Positions 39,401 through 52,959 of a DNA stretch of 64,000 bases are shown here, piece by piece. Made by a program: the position numbers and the translations under genes. The stretch is taken from NCBI RefSeq assembly GCF_964204645.1, contig NC_134032.1:9846275-9910274 (forward strand). The letters run 5' to 3'. The notes beneath the pieces are model-generated. The model saw nothing but the letters and a program-made list of their open reading frames with translations. It was not told the DNA's origin and did no database searches. Numbering within the stretch: the stretch's first letter is position 1; every line of letters begins with the position of its first letter. This DNA comes from Tubulanus polymorphus (taxonomy: Eukaryota; Animalia; Nemertea).

Positions 39401-42400
39401 TAACGAACCAAGCAATCATAAAAGGTAACTTGATATACATGAAATTATTACGATTAATTCTTATTGAAATATTTTGTCATTAAAGGATATCTTCTTTTGA
39501 TCATTGCAGCTAAATTTCAACTATGAGAAAAAACCCAGCTTGAGAACAACTACTCGCCCAAAATCGACCAACTTGAACAGCGCACAGATGAGGCCAACAG
39601 AATCTAACTCATTTACCAACTAACTAATAAGATAATTGCCGATAACGAACCCAGCAATCATAAAAGGTAACTTGATATACATGAAATTATTACGATTAAT
39701 TCTTATTGAAATATTTTGTCATTACAGAATATCTTTTTTTAATCATTGCAGCTAAATTTCAACTATGCGAAAAAACCCAGTTTGAGAACAACTACTCGTC
39801 AAAAATCGACCAACTTGAACGGCGCACAGCCAACTAGGATCGAACTAATTAACCAATCAACTAATAAGATAATCGCTGATAATGAAACCAGCAATCATTA
39901 AAGGTAACTTGATATACATGAAATTATTACGATTAATTCTTATTGAAATATTTTCTCATTACAGGATATCTTCTTTTAATCATTGCAGCTAAATTTCAAC
40001 TATAAGAAAAAGCCCAGCTTGAGATCAACTACTCGTCCAAAATCGACCAACTGGAACAGTGCACAGATAAGGCCAATAGAATCGAACTCATTAACCCACC
40101 AACTTTAGATGATCCACACCGATAACGAACCAAGCAATCATAAAAGGTAACTTGATATACATGAAATTATTACGATTTATTGTTATTGAAATATTTTGTC
40201 ATTAAAGGATATCTTCTTTTGATCATTGCAGCTAAATTTCAACTATAAGAAAAAACCCAGTTTGAGATCAACTACTCGTCCAAATCGACCAACTAGAACA
40301 GCGAACAGATGAGGCCAACAGAATCTAACTCATTTACCAACTAACTAATAAGATAATTGCCGATATCGAACCCAGCAATCATAAAAGGTAACTTGATATA
40401 CATGAAATTATTACGATTAATTCTTATTGAAATATTTTGTCATTACAGAATATCTTCTTTTAATCATTGCAGCTAAATTTCAACTATGCGAAAAAACCCA
40501 GTTTGAGAACAACTACTCGTCAAAAATCGACCAACTTGAACGGCGCACAGCCAACTAGGATTGAACTCATTAACCAATCAACTAATATGATAATCGCCGA
40601 TAATGAAACCAGCAATAATAAAAGGTATCTTGATATACATGAAATTATTACGATTAATTCTTATTGAAATATTTTGTCATTAAAGCATATCTTCTTTTGA
40701 TCATTGCAGCTATATTTCAACTATAAGAAAAAACCCAGCTTGAGATCAACTACTCGTCCAAAATCGACCAACAGAAAGAACTTATTAACCCACCAACTTT
40801 AGATGATCCACACCGATAACGAACCAAGTAATCATAAAAGGTAACTTGATATACATGAAATCATTAAGATTAATTCTTCTTGAAATATTTTCTCATTAAA
40901 GGATATCTTCTTTTGATCATTGCAGCTAAATTTCAACTATGAGAAAAAACCCAGTTTGAGAACAACTACTCGTCAAAAATCGACCAACTTGAACGGCGCA
41001 CAGCCAACTAGGATCGAACTAATTAACCAATCAACTAATAAGATAATCACCGATAATGAAACCAGCAATCATTAAAGGTAACTTGATATACATGGGATTA
41101 TTACGATGAATTCTTATTGAAATATTTTGTTATTAAAGGATATCTTCTTTTGATCATTGCAGCTAAATTTCAACTATGAGAAAAAACCCAGTTTGAGATC
41201 AACTACTCATCCAAAATCGACCAACCGGAACAGCGTACAGATGGGGCCAACAGAATCGAACTCATTAACACACAAACTTTAGATGTTCAACGCCGATAAC
41301 GAACCAAGCAATCATAAAAGGTAACTTGATATACATGAAATTATTACGATTAATTCTTATTGAAATATTTTGTCATTAAAGGATATCTTCTTTTGATCAT
41401 TGCAGCTAAATTTCAACTATGAGAAAAAACCCAGCTTGAGAACAACTACTCGCCCAAAATCGACCAACTTGAACAGCGCACAGATGAGGCCAACAGAATC
41501 TAACTCATTTACCAACTAACTAATAAGATAATTGCCGATAACGAACCCAGCAATCATAAAAGGTAACTTGATATACATGAAATTATTACGATTAATTCTT
41601 ATTGAAATATTTTGTCATTACAGAATATCTTCTTTTAATCATTGCAGCTAAATTTCAACTATGCGAAAAAACCCAGTTTGAGAACAACTACTCGTCAAAA
41701 ATCGACCAACTTGAACGGCGCACCGCCAACTAGGATTGAACTCATTAACCAATCAACTAATAAGATAATCGCCAATAATGAAACCAGCAATAATAAAAGG
41801 TAACTTGATATACATGCAATGATTACGATTAATTCTTATTGAAATATTTTCTCATTAAAGCATATCTTCTTTTGATCATTGCAGCAAAATTTCAACTATA
41901 AGAAAAAACCCAGCTTGAGATCAACTACTCGTCCAAAATCGACCAACTGGAACAGCGCACAGATGATGCCAACAGAAACGCACTTATTTACCCACCAACT
42001 TTAGATGATCCACACCGATAACGAACCAAGTAATCATAAAAGGTAACTTGATATACATGAAATTATTACTATTAATTCTTCTTGAAATATTTTCTCATTA
42101 AAGGATATCTTCTTTTGATCATTGCAGCTAAATTTCAGCTATGAGAAAAAACCCAGTTTGAGAACAACTACTCGTCAAAAATCGACCAACTTGAACGGCG
42201 CACAGCCAACTAGGATCGAACTCATTAACCAATCAACTAATATGATAATCGCCGATAATGAAACCAGCAATCATTAAAGGTAATTTGATATACATGAAAT
42301 TATTACGATTAATTATTATTGAAATATTTTCTCATTACAGGATATCTTCTTTTAATCATTGCAGCTAAATTTCAACTATAAGAAAAAACCCAGTTTGAGA

Positions 42401-45400
42401 TCAACTACTCGTCCAAAATCGACCAACTTGAACAGCGCACAGATGAGGCCAACAGAATCGAACTCATTAACCCACCAACTTTAGATGATCCACACCGATA
42501 ACGAACCAAGCAATCATAAAAGGTAACTAGATAAACATGAAATTATTACGATTAATTCTTATTGAAATATTTTGTCATTAAAGGATATCTTCTTTTGATC
42601 ATTGCAGCTAAATTTCAACCATATGAAAAAGCCCAGTTTGAGATCAACTACTAGTCCAAATCAAGCAACTGGAACAGCGCACAGATGAGGCCAACAGAAT
42701 CGAACTCATTAACCCACCAACTTTAGATGATCCACACCGATAACGAACCAAGCAATCATAAAAGGTAACTTGATATACATGAAATTATTACGATTAATTC
42801 TTATTGAAATATTTTGTCATTAAATGATATCTTCTTTTAATCATTGCAGCTAAATTTCAACTATAAGATAAAAACCCAGTTTGAGATCAACTACTCGTCC
42901 AAATCGACCAACTGGAACAGCGAACAGATGGGGCCAACAGAATCTAACTCATTTACCAACTAACTAATAAGATAATTGCCAATAACGAACCCAGCAATCA
43001 TAAAAGGTAACTTGATATACATGAAATTATTACGATTAATTCTTATTGAAATATTTTGTCATTACAGAATATCTTTTTTTAATCATTGCAGCTAAATTTC
43101 AACTATGCGAAAAAACCCAGTTTGAGAACAACTACTCGTCAAAAATCGACCAACTTGAACGGCGCACAGCCAACTAGGATCGAACTAATTAACCAATCAA
43201 CTAATAAGATAATCGCTGATAATGAAACCAGCAATCATTAAAGGTAACTTGATATACATGAAATTATTACGATTTATTGTTATTGAAATATTTTGTCATT
43301 AAAGGATATCTTCTTTTGATCATTGCAGCTAAATTTCAACTATGAGAAAAAACCCAGTTTGAGATCAATTACTCGTCCAAATCGACCAACTAGAACAGCG
43401 AACAGATGAGGCCAACAGAATCTAACTCATTTACCAACTAACTAATAAGATAATTGCCGATATCGAACCCAGCAATCATAACAGGTAACTTGATATACAT
43501 GAAATTATTACGATTAATTCTTATTGAAATATTTTGTCATTACAGAATATCTTCTTTTAATCATTGCAGCTAAATTTCAACTATGCGAAAAAACCCAGTT
43601 TGAGAACAACTACTCGTCAAAAATCGACCAACTTGAACGGCGCACAGCCAACTAGGATTGAACTCATTAACCAATCAACTAATATGATAATCGCCGATAA
43701 TGAAACCAGCAATAATAAAAGGTATCTTGATATACATGCAATTATTACGATTAATTCTTATTGAAATATTTTGTCATTAAAGCATATCTTCTTTTGATCA
43801 TTGTAGCTAAATTTCAACTATAAGAAAAAACCCAGCTTGAGATCAACTACTCGTCCAAAATCGACCAACTGGAACAGCGCACAGATGATGCCAATAGAAA
43901 CGAACTTATTAACCCACCAACTTTAGATGATCCACACCGATAACGAACCAAGTAATCATAAAAGGTAACTTGATATACATGAAATTATTAAGATTAATTC
44001 TTCTTGAAATATTTTCTCATTAAAGGATATCTTCTTTGATCATTGCAGCTAAATTTCAACTATGAGAAAAAACCCAGTTTGAGAACAACTACTCGTCAAA
44101 AATCGACCAACTTGAACGGCGCACAGCCAACTAGGATCGAACTCATTAACCAATCAACTAATTAGATAATCGCCGATAATGAAACCAGCCATCATAAAAG
44201 GTAACTTGATATACATGGAATTATTACGATTAATTCTTATTGAAATTTTTTGGCATTAAAGGATATCTTCTTTTGATCATTGCAGCTAAATTTCAACTAT
44301 GAGAAAAAACCCAGCTTGAGAACAACTACTCGTTAAAAATCGACCTACTTGAACAGCACACAGCCAATTAGGATTGAACTCATTAACCAATCAACTAATA
44401 AGATAATCGCCGATAATGAAACCAGCAATCATAAAAGGTAACTTGATATACATGCAATTATTACGATTAATTCTTATTGAAATATTTTGTCATTAAAGCA
44501 TATCTTCTTTTGATCATTGCAGCTAAATTTCGACTATAAGAAAAAACCCAGCTTGATATCAACTACTCGTCCAAAATCGACCAACTTGAACAGTGCACAG
44601 ATGATGCCAACAGAAACGAACTTATTAACCCACCAACTTTAGATGATCCACACCGATAAAGAACCAAGTAATCATAAAAGGTAACTTGATATACATGAAA
44701 TTATTACGATTAATTCTTATTGAAATATTTTGTCATTAAAGGATATCTTCTTTTGATCATTGCAGCTAAATTTCAACTATATGAAAAAGCCCAGTTTGAG
44801 ATCAACTACTCGTCCAAATTAAGCAACTGGAACAGCGCACAGATGAGGCCAACAGAATCCAACTCATTAACCCACCAACTTTAGATGATCCACACCGCTA
44901 ACGAACCAAGCAATCATAAAAGGTAACTTGATATACATGAAATTATTACGATTAATTCTTATTGAAATATTTTGTCATTAAAGGATATCTTCTTTTGATC
45001 ATTGCAGCTAAATTTCAACTATGAGAAAAAACCCAGCTTGAGAACAACTACTCGCCCAAAATCGACCAACTTGAACAGCGCACAGATGAGGCCAACAGAA
45101 TCTAACTCATTTACCAACTAACTAATAAGATAATTGCCGATAACGAACCCAGCAATCATAAAAGGTAACATGATATACATGAAATTATTACGATTAATTC
45201 TTATTGAAATATTTTGTCATTACAGAATATCTTTTTTTAATCATTGCAGCTAAATTTCAACTATGCGAAAAAACCCAGTTTGAGAACAACTACTCGTCAA
45301 AAATCGACCAACTTGAACGGCGCACAGCCAACTAGGATCGAACTAATTAACCAATCAACTAATAAGATAATCGCTGATAATCGCTGATAATGAAACCAGC

Positions 45401-48400
45401 AATCATTAAAGGTAACTTGATATACATGAAATTATTACGATTAATTCTTATTGAAATATTTTCTCATTACAGGATATCTTCTTTTAATCATTGCAGCTAA
45501 ATTTCAACTATAAGAAAAAGCCCAGCTTGAGATCAACTACTCGTCCAAAATCGACCAACTGGAACAGTGCACAGATAAGGCCAATAGAATCGAACTCATT
45601 AACCCACCAACTTTAGATGATCCACACCGATAACGAACCAAGCAATCATAAAAGGTAACTTGATATACATGAAATTATTACGATTTATTGTTATTGAAAT
45701 ATTTTGTCATTAAAGGATATCTTCTTTTGATCATTGCAGCTAAATTTCAACTATAAGAAAAAACCCAGTTTGAGATCAACTACTCGTCCAAATCGACCAA
45801 CTAGAACAGCGAACAGATGAGGCCAACAGAATCTAACTCATTTACCAACTAACTAATAAGATAATTGCCGATATCGAACCCAGCAATCATAAAAGGTAAC
45901 TTGATATACATGAAATTATTACGATTAATTCTTATTGAAATATTTTGTCATTACAGAATATCTTCTTTTAATCATTGCAGCTAAATTTCAACTATGCGAA
46001 AAAACCCAGTTTGAGAACAACTACTCGTCAAAAATCGACCAACTTGAACGGCGCACAGCCAACTAGGATTGAACTCATTAACCAATCAACTAATATGATA
46101 ATCGCCGATAATGAAACCAGCAATAATAAAAGGTATCTTGATATACATGAAATTATTACGATTAATTCTTATTGAAATATTTTGTCATTAAAGCATATCT
46201 TCTTTTGATCATTGCAGCTATATTTCAACTATAAGAAAAAACCCAGCTTGAGATCAACTACTCGTCCAAAATCGACCAACAGAAAGAACTTATTAACCCA
46301 CCAACTTTAGATGATCCACACCGATAACGAACCAAGTAATCATAAAAGGTAACTTGATATACATGAAATCATTAAGATTAATTCTTCTTGAAATATTTTC
46401 TCATTAAAGGATATCTTCTTTTGATCATTGCAGCTAAATTTCAACTATGAGAAAAAACCCAGTTTGAGAACAACTACTCGTCAAAAATCGACCAACTTGA
46501 ACGGCGCACAGCCAACTAGGATCGAACTAATTAACCAATCAACTAATAAGATAATCACAGATAATGAAACCAGCAATCATTAAAGGTAACTTGATATACA
46601 TGGGATTATTACGATGAATTCTTATTGAAATATTTTGTTATTAAAGGATATCTTCTTTTGATCATTGCAGCTAAATTTCAACTATGAGAAAAAACCCAGT
46701 TTGAGATCAACTACTCATCCAAAATCGACCAACCGGAACAGCGTACAGATGGGGCCAACAGAATCGAACTCATTAACACACAAACTTTAGATGTTCAACG
46801 CCGATAACGAACCAAGCAATCATAAAAGGTAACTTGATATACATGAAATTATTACGATTAATTCTTATTGAAATATTTTGTCATTAAAGGATATCTTCTT
46901 TTGATCATTGCAGCTAAATTTCAACTATGAGAAAAAACCCAGCTTGAGAACAACTACTCGCCCAAAATCGACCAACTTGAACAGCGCACAGATGAGGCCA
47001 ACAGAATCTAACTCATTTACCAACTAACTAATAAGATAATTGCCGATAACGAACCCAGCAATCATAAAAGGTAACTTGATATACATGAAATTATTACGAT
47101 TAATTCTTATTGAAATATTTTGTCATTACAGAATATCTTCTTTTAATCATTGCAGCTAAATTTCAACTATGCGAAAAAACCCAGTTTGAGAACAACTACT
47201 CGTCAAAAATCGACCAACTTGAACGGCGCACCGCCAACTAGGATTGAACTCATTAACCAATCAACTAATAAGATAATCGCCAATAATGAAACCAGCAATA
47301 ATAAAAGGTAACTTGATATACATGCAATGATTACGATTAATTCTTATTGAAATATTTTCTCATTAAAGCATATCTTCTTTTGATCATTGCAGCTAAATTT
47401 CAACTATAAGAAAAAACCCAGCTTGAGATCAACTACTCGTCCAAAATCGACCAACTGGAACAGCGCACAGATGATGCCAACAGAAACGCACTTATTTACC
47501 CACCAACTTTAGATGATCCACACCGATAACGAACCAAGTAATCATAAAAGGTAACTTGATATACATGAAATTATTACTATTAATTCTTCTTGAAATATTT
47601 TCTCATTAAAGGATATCTTCTTTTGATCATTGCAGCTAAATTTCAGCTATGAGAAAAAACCCAGTTTGAGAACAACTACTCGTCAAAAATCGACCAACTT
47701 GAACGGCGCACAGCCAACTAGGATCGAACTCATTAACCAATCAACTAATTAGATAATCGCCGATAATGAAACCAGCCATCATAAAAGGTAACTTGATATA
47801 CATTGAATTATTACGATTAATTCTTATTGAAATATTTTGTCATTACAAAATGTCTTCTTTTAATCATTGCAGCTAAATTTCAACTATGCGAAAAAACCCA
47901 GCTTGAGAACAACTACTCACCCAAAATCGACCAACTTGAACAGCGCACAGATGAGGCCAACAGAATCTAACTCATTTACCAATCAACTAATACGATAATT
48001 GCCGATAACGAACCCAGCAATCATAAAAGGTAACTTGATAAACATGAAATTATTACGATTAATTCTTATTGAAATATTTTGTCATTACAGAATATGTTCT
48101 TTTATTCATTGCAGCTAAATTTCAACTACGCGAAAAAACCCAGTTTGAGAACAACTACTCGTTAAAAATCGACCAACTTGAACGGCGCACAACCAACTAG
48201 GATTGAACTCATTAACCAATCAACTAATATGATAATCGCCGATAATGAAACCAGCAATAATAAAAGGTATCTTGATATACATGAAATTATTACGATTAAT
48301 TCTTATTGAAATATTTTGTCATTAAAGCATATCTTCTTTTGATCATTGCAGCTATATTTCAACTATAAGAAAAAACCCAGCTTGAGATCAACTACTCGTC

Positions 48401-51235
48401 CAAAATCGACCAACAGAAAGAACTTATTAACCCACCAACTTTAGATGATCCACACCGATAACGAACCAAGTAATCATAAAAGGTAACTTGATATACATGA
48501 AATCATTAAGATTAATTCTTCTTGAAATATTTTCTCATTAAAGGATATCTTCTTTTGATCATTGCAGCTAAATTTCAACTATGAGAAAAAACCCAGTTTG
48601 AGAACAACTACTCGTCAAAAATCGACCAACTTGAACGGCGCACAGCCAACTAGGATCGAACTAATTAACCAATCAACTAATAAGATAATCACCGATAATG
48701 AAACCAGCAATCATTAAAGGTAACTTGATATACATGGGATTATTACGATGAATTCTTATTGAAATATTTTGTTATTAAAGGATATCTTCTTTTGATCATT
48801 GCAGCTAAATTTCAACTATGAGAAAAAACCCAGTTTGAGATCAACTACTCATCCAAAATCGACCAACCGGAACAGCGTACAGATGGGGCCAACAGAATCG
48901 AACTCATTAACACACAAACTTTAGATGTTCAACGCCGATAACGAACCAAGCAATCATAAAAGGTAACTTGATATACATGAAATTATTACGATTAATTCTT
49001 ATTGAAATATTTTGTCATTAAAGGATATCTTCTTTTGATCATTGCAGCTAAATTTCAACTATGAGAAAAAACCCAGCTTGAGAACAACTACTCGCCCAAA
49101 ATCGACCAACTTGAACAGCGCACAGATGAGGCCAACAGAATCTAACTCATTTACCAACTAACTAATAAGATAATTGCCGATAACGAACCCAGCAATCATA
49201 AAAGGTAACTTGATATACATGAAATTATTACGATTAATTCTTATTGAAATATTTTGTCATTACAGAATATCTTCTTTTAATCATTGCAGCTAAATTTCAA
49301 CTATGCGAAAAAACCCAGTTTGAGAACAACTACTCGTCAAAAATCGACCAACTTGAACGGCGCACCGCCAACTAGGATTGAACTCATTAACCAATCAACT
49401 AATAAGATAATCGCCAATAATGAATCCAGCAATAATAAAAGGTAACTTGATATACATGCAATGATTACGATTAATTCTTATTGAAATATTTTCTCATTAA
49501 AGCATATCTTCTTTTGATCATTGCAGCTAAATTTCAACTATAAGAAAAAACCCAGCTTGAGATCAACTACTCGTCCAAAATCGACCAACTGGAACAGCGC
49601 ACAGATGATGCCAACAGAAACGCACTTATTTACCCACCAACTTTAGATGATCCACACCGATAACGAACCAAGTAATCATAAAAGGTAACTTGATATACAT
49701 GAAATTATTACTATTAATTCTTCTTGAAATATTTTCTCATTAAAGGATATCTTCTTTTGATCATTGCAGCTAAATTTCAGCTATGAGAAAAAACCCAGTT
49801 TGAGAACAACTACTCGTCAAAAATCGACCAACTTGAACGGCGCACAGCCAACTAGGATCGAACTCATTAACCAATCAACTAATTAGATAATCGCCGATAA
49901 TGAAACCAGCCATCATAAAAGGTAACTTGATATACATTGAATTATTACGATTAATTCTTATTGAAATATTTTGTCATTACAAAATGTCTTCTTTTAATCA
50001 TTGCAGCTAAATTTCAACTATGCGAAAAAACCCAGCTTGAGAACAACTACTCACCCAAAATCGACCAACTTGAACAGCGCACAGATGAGGCCAACAGAAT
50101 CTAACTCATTTACCAATCAACTAATACGATAATTGCCGATAACGAACCCAGCAATCATAAAAGGTAACTTGATAAACATGAAATTATTACGATTAATTCT
50201 TATTGAAATATTTTGTCATTACAGAATATGTTCTTTTATTCATTGCAGCTAAATTTCAACTACGCGAAAAAACCCAGTTTGAGAACAACTACTCGTCAAA
50301 AATCGACCAACTTGAACGGCGCACAGGCAACTAGGATCGAACTAATTAACCAATCAACTAATAAGATAATCACCGATAATGAAACCAGCAATCATTAAAG
50401 GTAACTTGATAAACATGGGATTATTACGATGAATTCTTATTGAAATATTTTGTTATTAAAGGATATCTTCTTTTGATCATTGCAGCTAAATTTCAACTAT
50501 GAGAAAAAACCCAGTTTGAGATCAACTACTCATCCAAAATCGACCAACCGGAACAGCGTACAGATGGGGCCAACAGAATCGAACTCATTAACACACAAAC
50601 TAGATGATCCACGCCGATAACGAACCAAGCAATCATAAAAGGTAACTTGATATACATGAAATTATTACGATTAATTCTTATTGAAATATTTTGTCATCAA
50701 AGGATATCTTCTTTTGATCATTGCAGCTAAATTTCAACTATGAGAAAAAACCCAGCTTGAAAACAACTACTCGCCCAAAATCGACCAACTTGAACAGCGC
50801 ACAGATGAGGCCAACAGAATCTAACTCATTTACCAACCAACTAATACGATAATTGCCGATAACGAACCCAGCAATCATAAAAGGTAACGTGATAAACATG
50901 AAATTATTACGATTAATTCTTATTGAAATATTTTGTCATTAAAGGATATCTTCTTTTAATCACTGCAGCTAAATTTCAACTATGCAAAAAGACCAACTTG
51001 AACGGCGCACAGCCAACTAGGATCGAACTTATTAACCAATCAACTATTAAGATAATCGCTGATAATGAAACCAGCCATCATAAAAGGTAACTGGATATAC
51101 ATGGAATTATTACAATTAATTCTTATTGAAATATTTTGTCATTACAGGATATCTTCTTTTAATCATTGCAGCTAAATATCAACTATGAGAAAGAACCCAC
51201 CTGCAGATCAACTACTCATCAGAAAATCTACAAGT
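30495..51235 (+). repeat. Satellite-like tandem array, ~85 monomers of 237-243 bp, with higher-order duplications
   Basis: Period measured directly (30873 to 31116 = 243 bp). Three to four monomer classes, diverged terminal monomers, and block duplications at offsets of ~3358, ~5498 and ~2138 bp. Confidence 0.98.
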
Positions 51236-51339
51236 AGATGAATACTGATTGAACCATTTGCTGATGAAAACTGCAGAAGCTCAGATAGGAAGTTGAGGAG
51301 CCAGTGACGGATTAATCACGCAACCATGGATTCTTCTAC

Positions 51340-51590
51340 AAACGGTGGTTGATTTCTATAAAACATTTTATCAAGAGCAGCAGAGATTGTAGTGAATCTT
51401 ATAAACACTGATTTGAGCAACAAAGCTAATGGATTATCTCATAAACACTGATTCAGGAAAAGCACTGTTTTAAAAGCAGCAAAGACAATTAGTGTATCTT
51501 ATCAGGAGCAGCATAAACAATAGCGCATCTTATAAACACTGAGATCCAGGAGCGGCAAAGACAATAGCGGATTTCTGTCGTAAAGTATTG
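51340..51590 (+). repeat. Degenerate ~40-bp tandem repeat
   Basis: cttataaacactgat.caggagcagcaaagacaatag-like units. Confidence 0.55.
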
Positions 51591-52959
51591 ATTTTTTTAC
51601 GTATCACCCTTTTTCAAACTAGTCTGATATAGTATTTTAAAGGAAATTATTTTATAATGTTAAATGCAATGTGAGAGTCTAATAAAAGCTAAGCTCCAAT
51701 AATTCACGATATTGGTATTCGATCCTTGGTTGATAGAGAAGTCAAGTTAGGTTAGTCACTAGGAGTAAATGGTCGCGTTGAGCGCCTTGTTTGGGCTGCA
51801 GGTCTGTTGAGTTAACTCCTAAACTGAGATATAGTTTCAACATGATATGTGAGTTTAATCTTTAAACTTTACCATAGTTAAACATAGTCAACTATGGCTA
51901 TTTGTCCGTGTAGGTATCACATAGTTAGGAAACAGAACATAACGTTAGGCCAGTGTTGATGTACAAATATTAAGTATTTGCTGAATTGTAGATGTATTAA
52001 TTTGATGGATTTATATTTTCGAAGGCCCATGTAACTGATTTAACAATTGAATCGTAATTGTCGATTTTCACATCGAGTTTTAACTTTTAGCCTCCATCAA
52101 TCTGTTTGATGATCATAGCTACGTATTTGAAATCAAAAGCTTTATTTGAAAGGAGACCATTATTTACATTTGAGAGGTAAAGTTAGGAATACCAAGGCAT
52201 AAAGTTATAGCTAGGACTAATTTTGAACGTTTTAACATTGTTTATAGCTGTTTGAACTTCTTTTATTGTAATGGGTAAATCCATATCACGAGATGGCTCT
52301 CGTGAATAATCACTTAGCTTCAAATTGGGTGTATAATGATTATTAAGGAGTGGCAGTGAATCGGTAGTGCTTTTCTAAAATTGGCCCAGAAACTTTACAG
52401 TGAAAAAATGCCTGCAGTTGTAAATAGAGGAGTATAAATAATACATAATACAAACTACAAGTACATAAATTAATATAGAAATAAATTAAAAAAACCAATA
52501 AATAATAAGTAGTAAATAATATAAAATACAAGTACATACATAAATAGATAATATTAAAAGATAGATAAAATAATAAACAACAATAGAAACAAACAACAAA
52601 TTAATATTCTATTTACATGAAAAGGCATTTTTTCAAATATTCATCAACAAGGTTATTCATTTATCGAACAACCTTCCCTAAGTATAGCAAAAACCCTAGA
52701 TCTTTTCTGTTGTTATTCAAAGCATTCTATCGGACTCAGTTATTGTAATGAACAAAACAAATAACCATAAACCTTAACTAAAGCGAACACACTTAAACAA
52801 ATAACTGATATGATAGAATGCTTTGAATAACTGTGATGAAAGATCTACCGTCCTATGAACTAGCCGCGCTCAATCACTGCTGTGACCGTTGATTGTTATA
52901 TGGGGGTAGACTTACTATCTAAAATCTGGTACATACATTTTACTTTTTAGAAAGAATGT

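Noticed and set aside
31311-50398. ORFs inside the array (31311, 38066, 40467, 43564, 45975, 50213)
   Set aside because: TTG starts, read-through of the intron-like segment, and stops in the same frame in most sibling monomers.
30495-51235. Array as a CRISPR-like repeat-spacer locus
   Set aside because: The variable parts are homologous variants of a few classes, not unique spacers. There are no cas genes and the context is eukaryotic.
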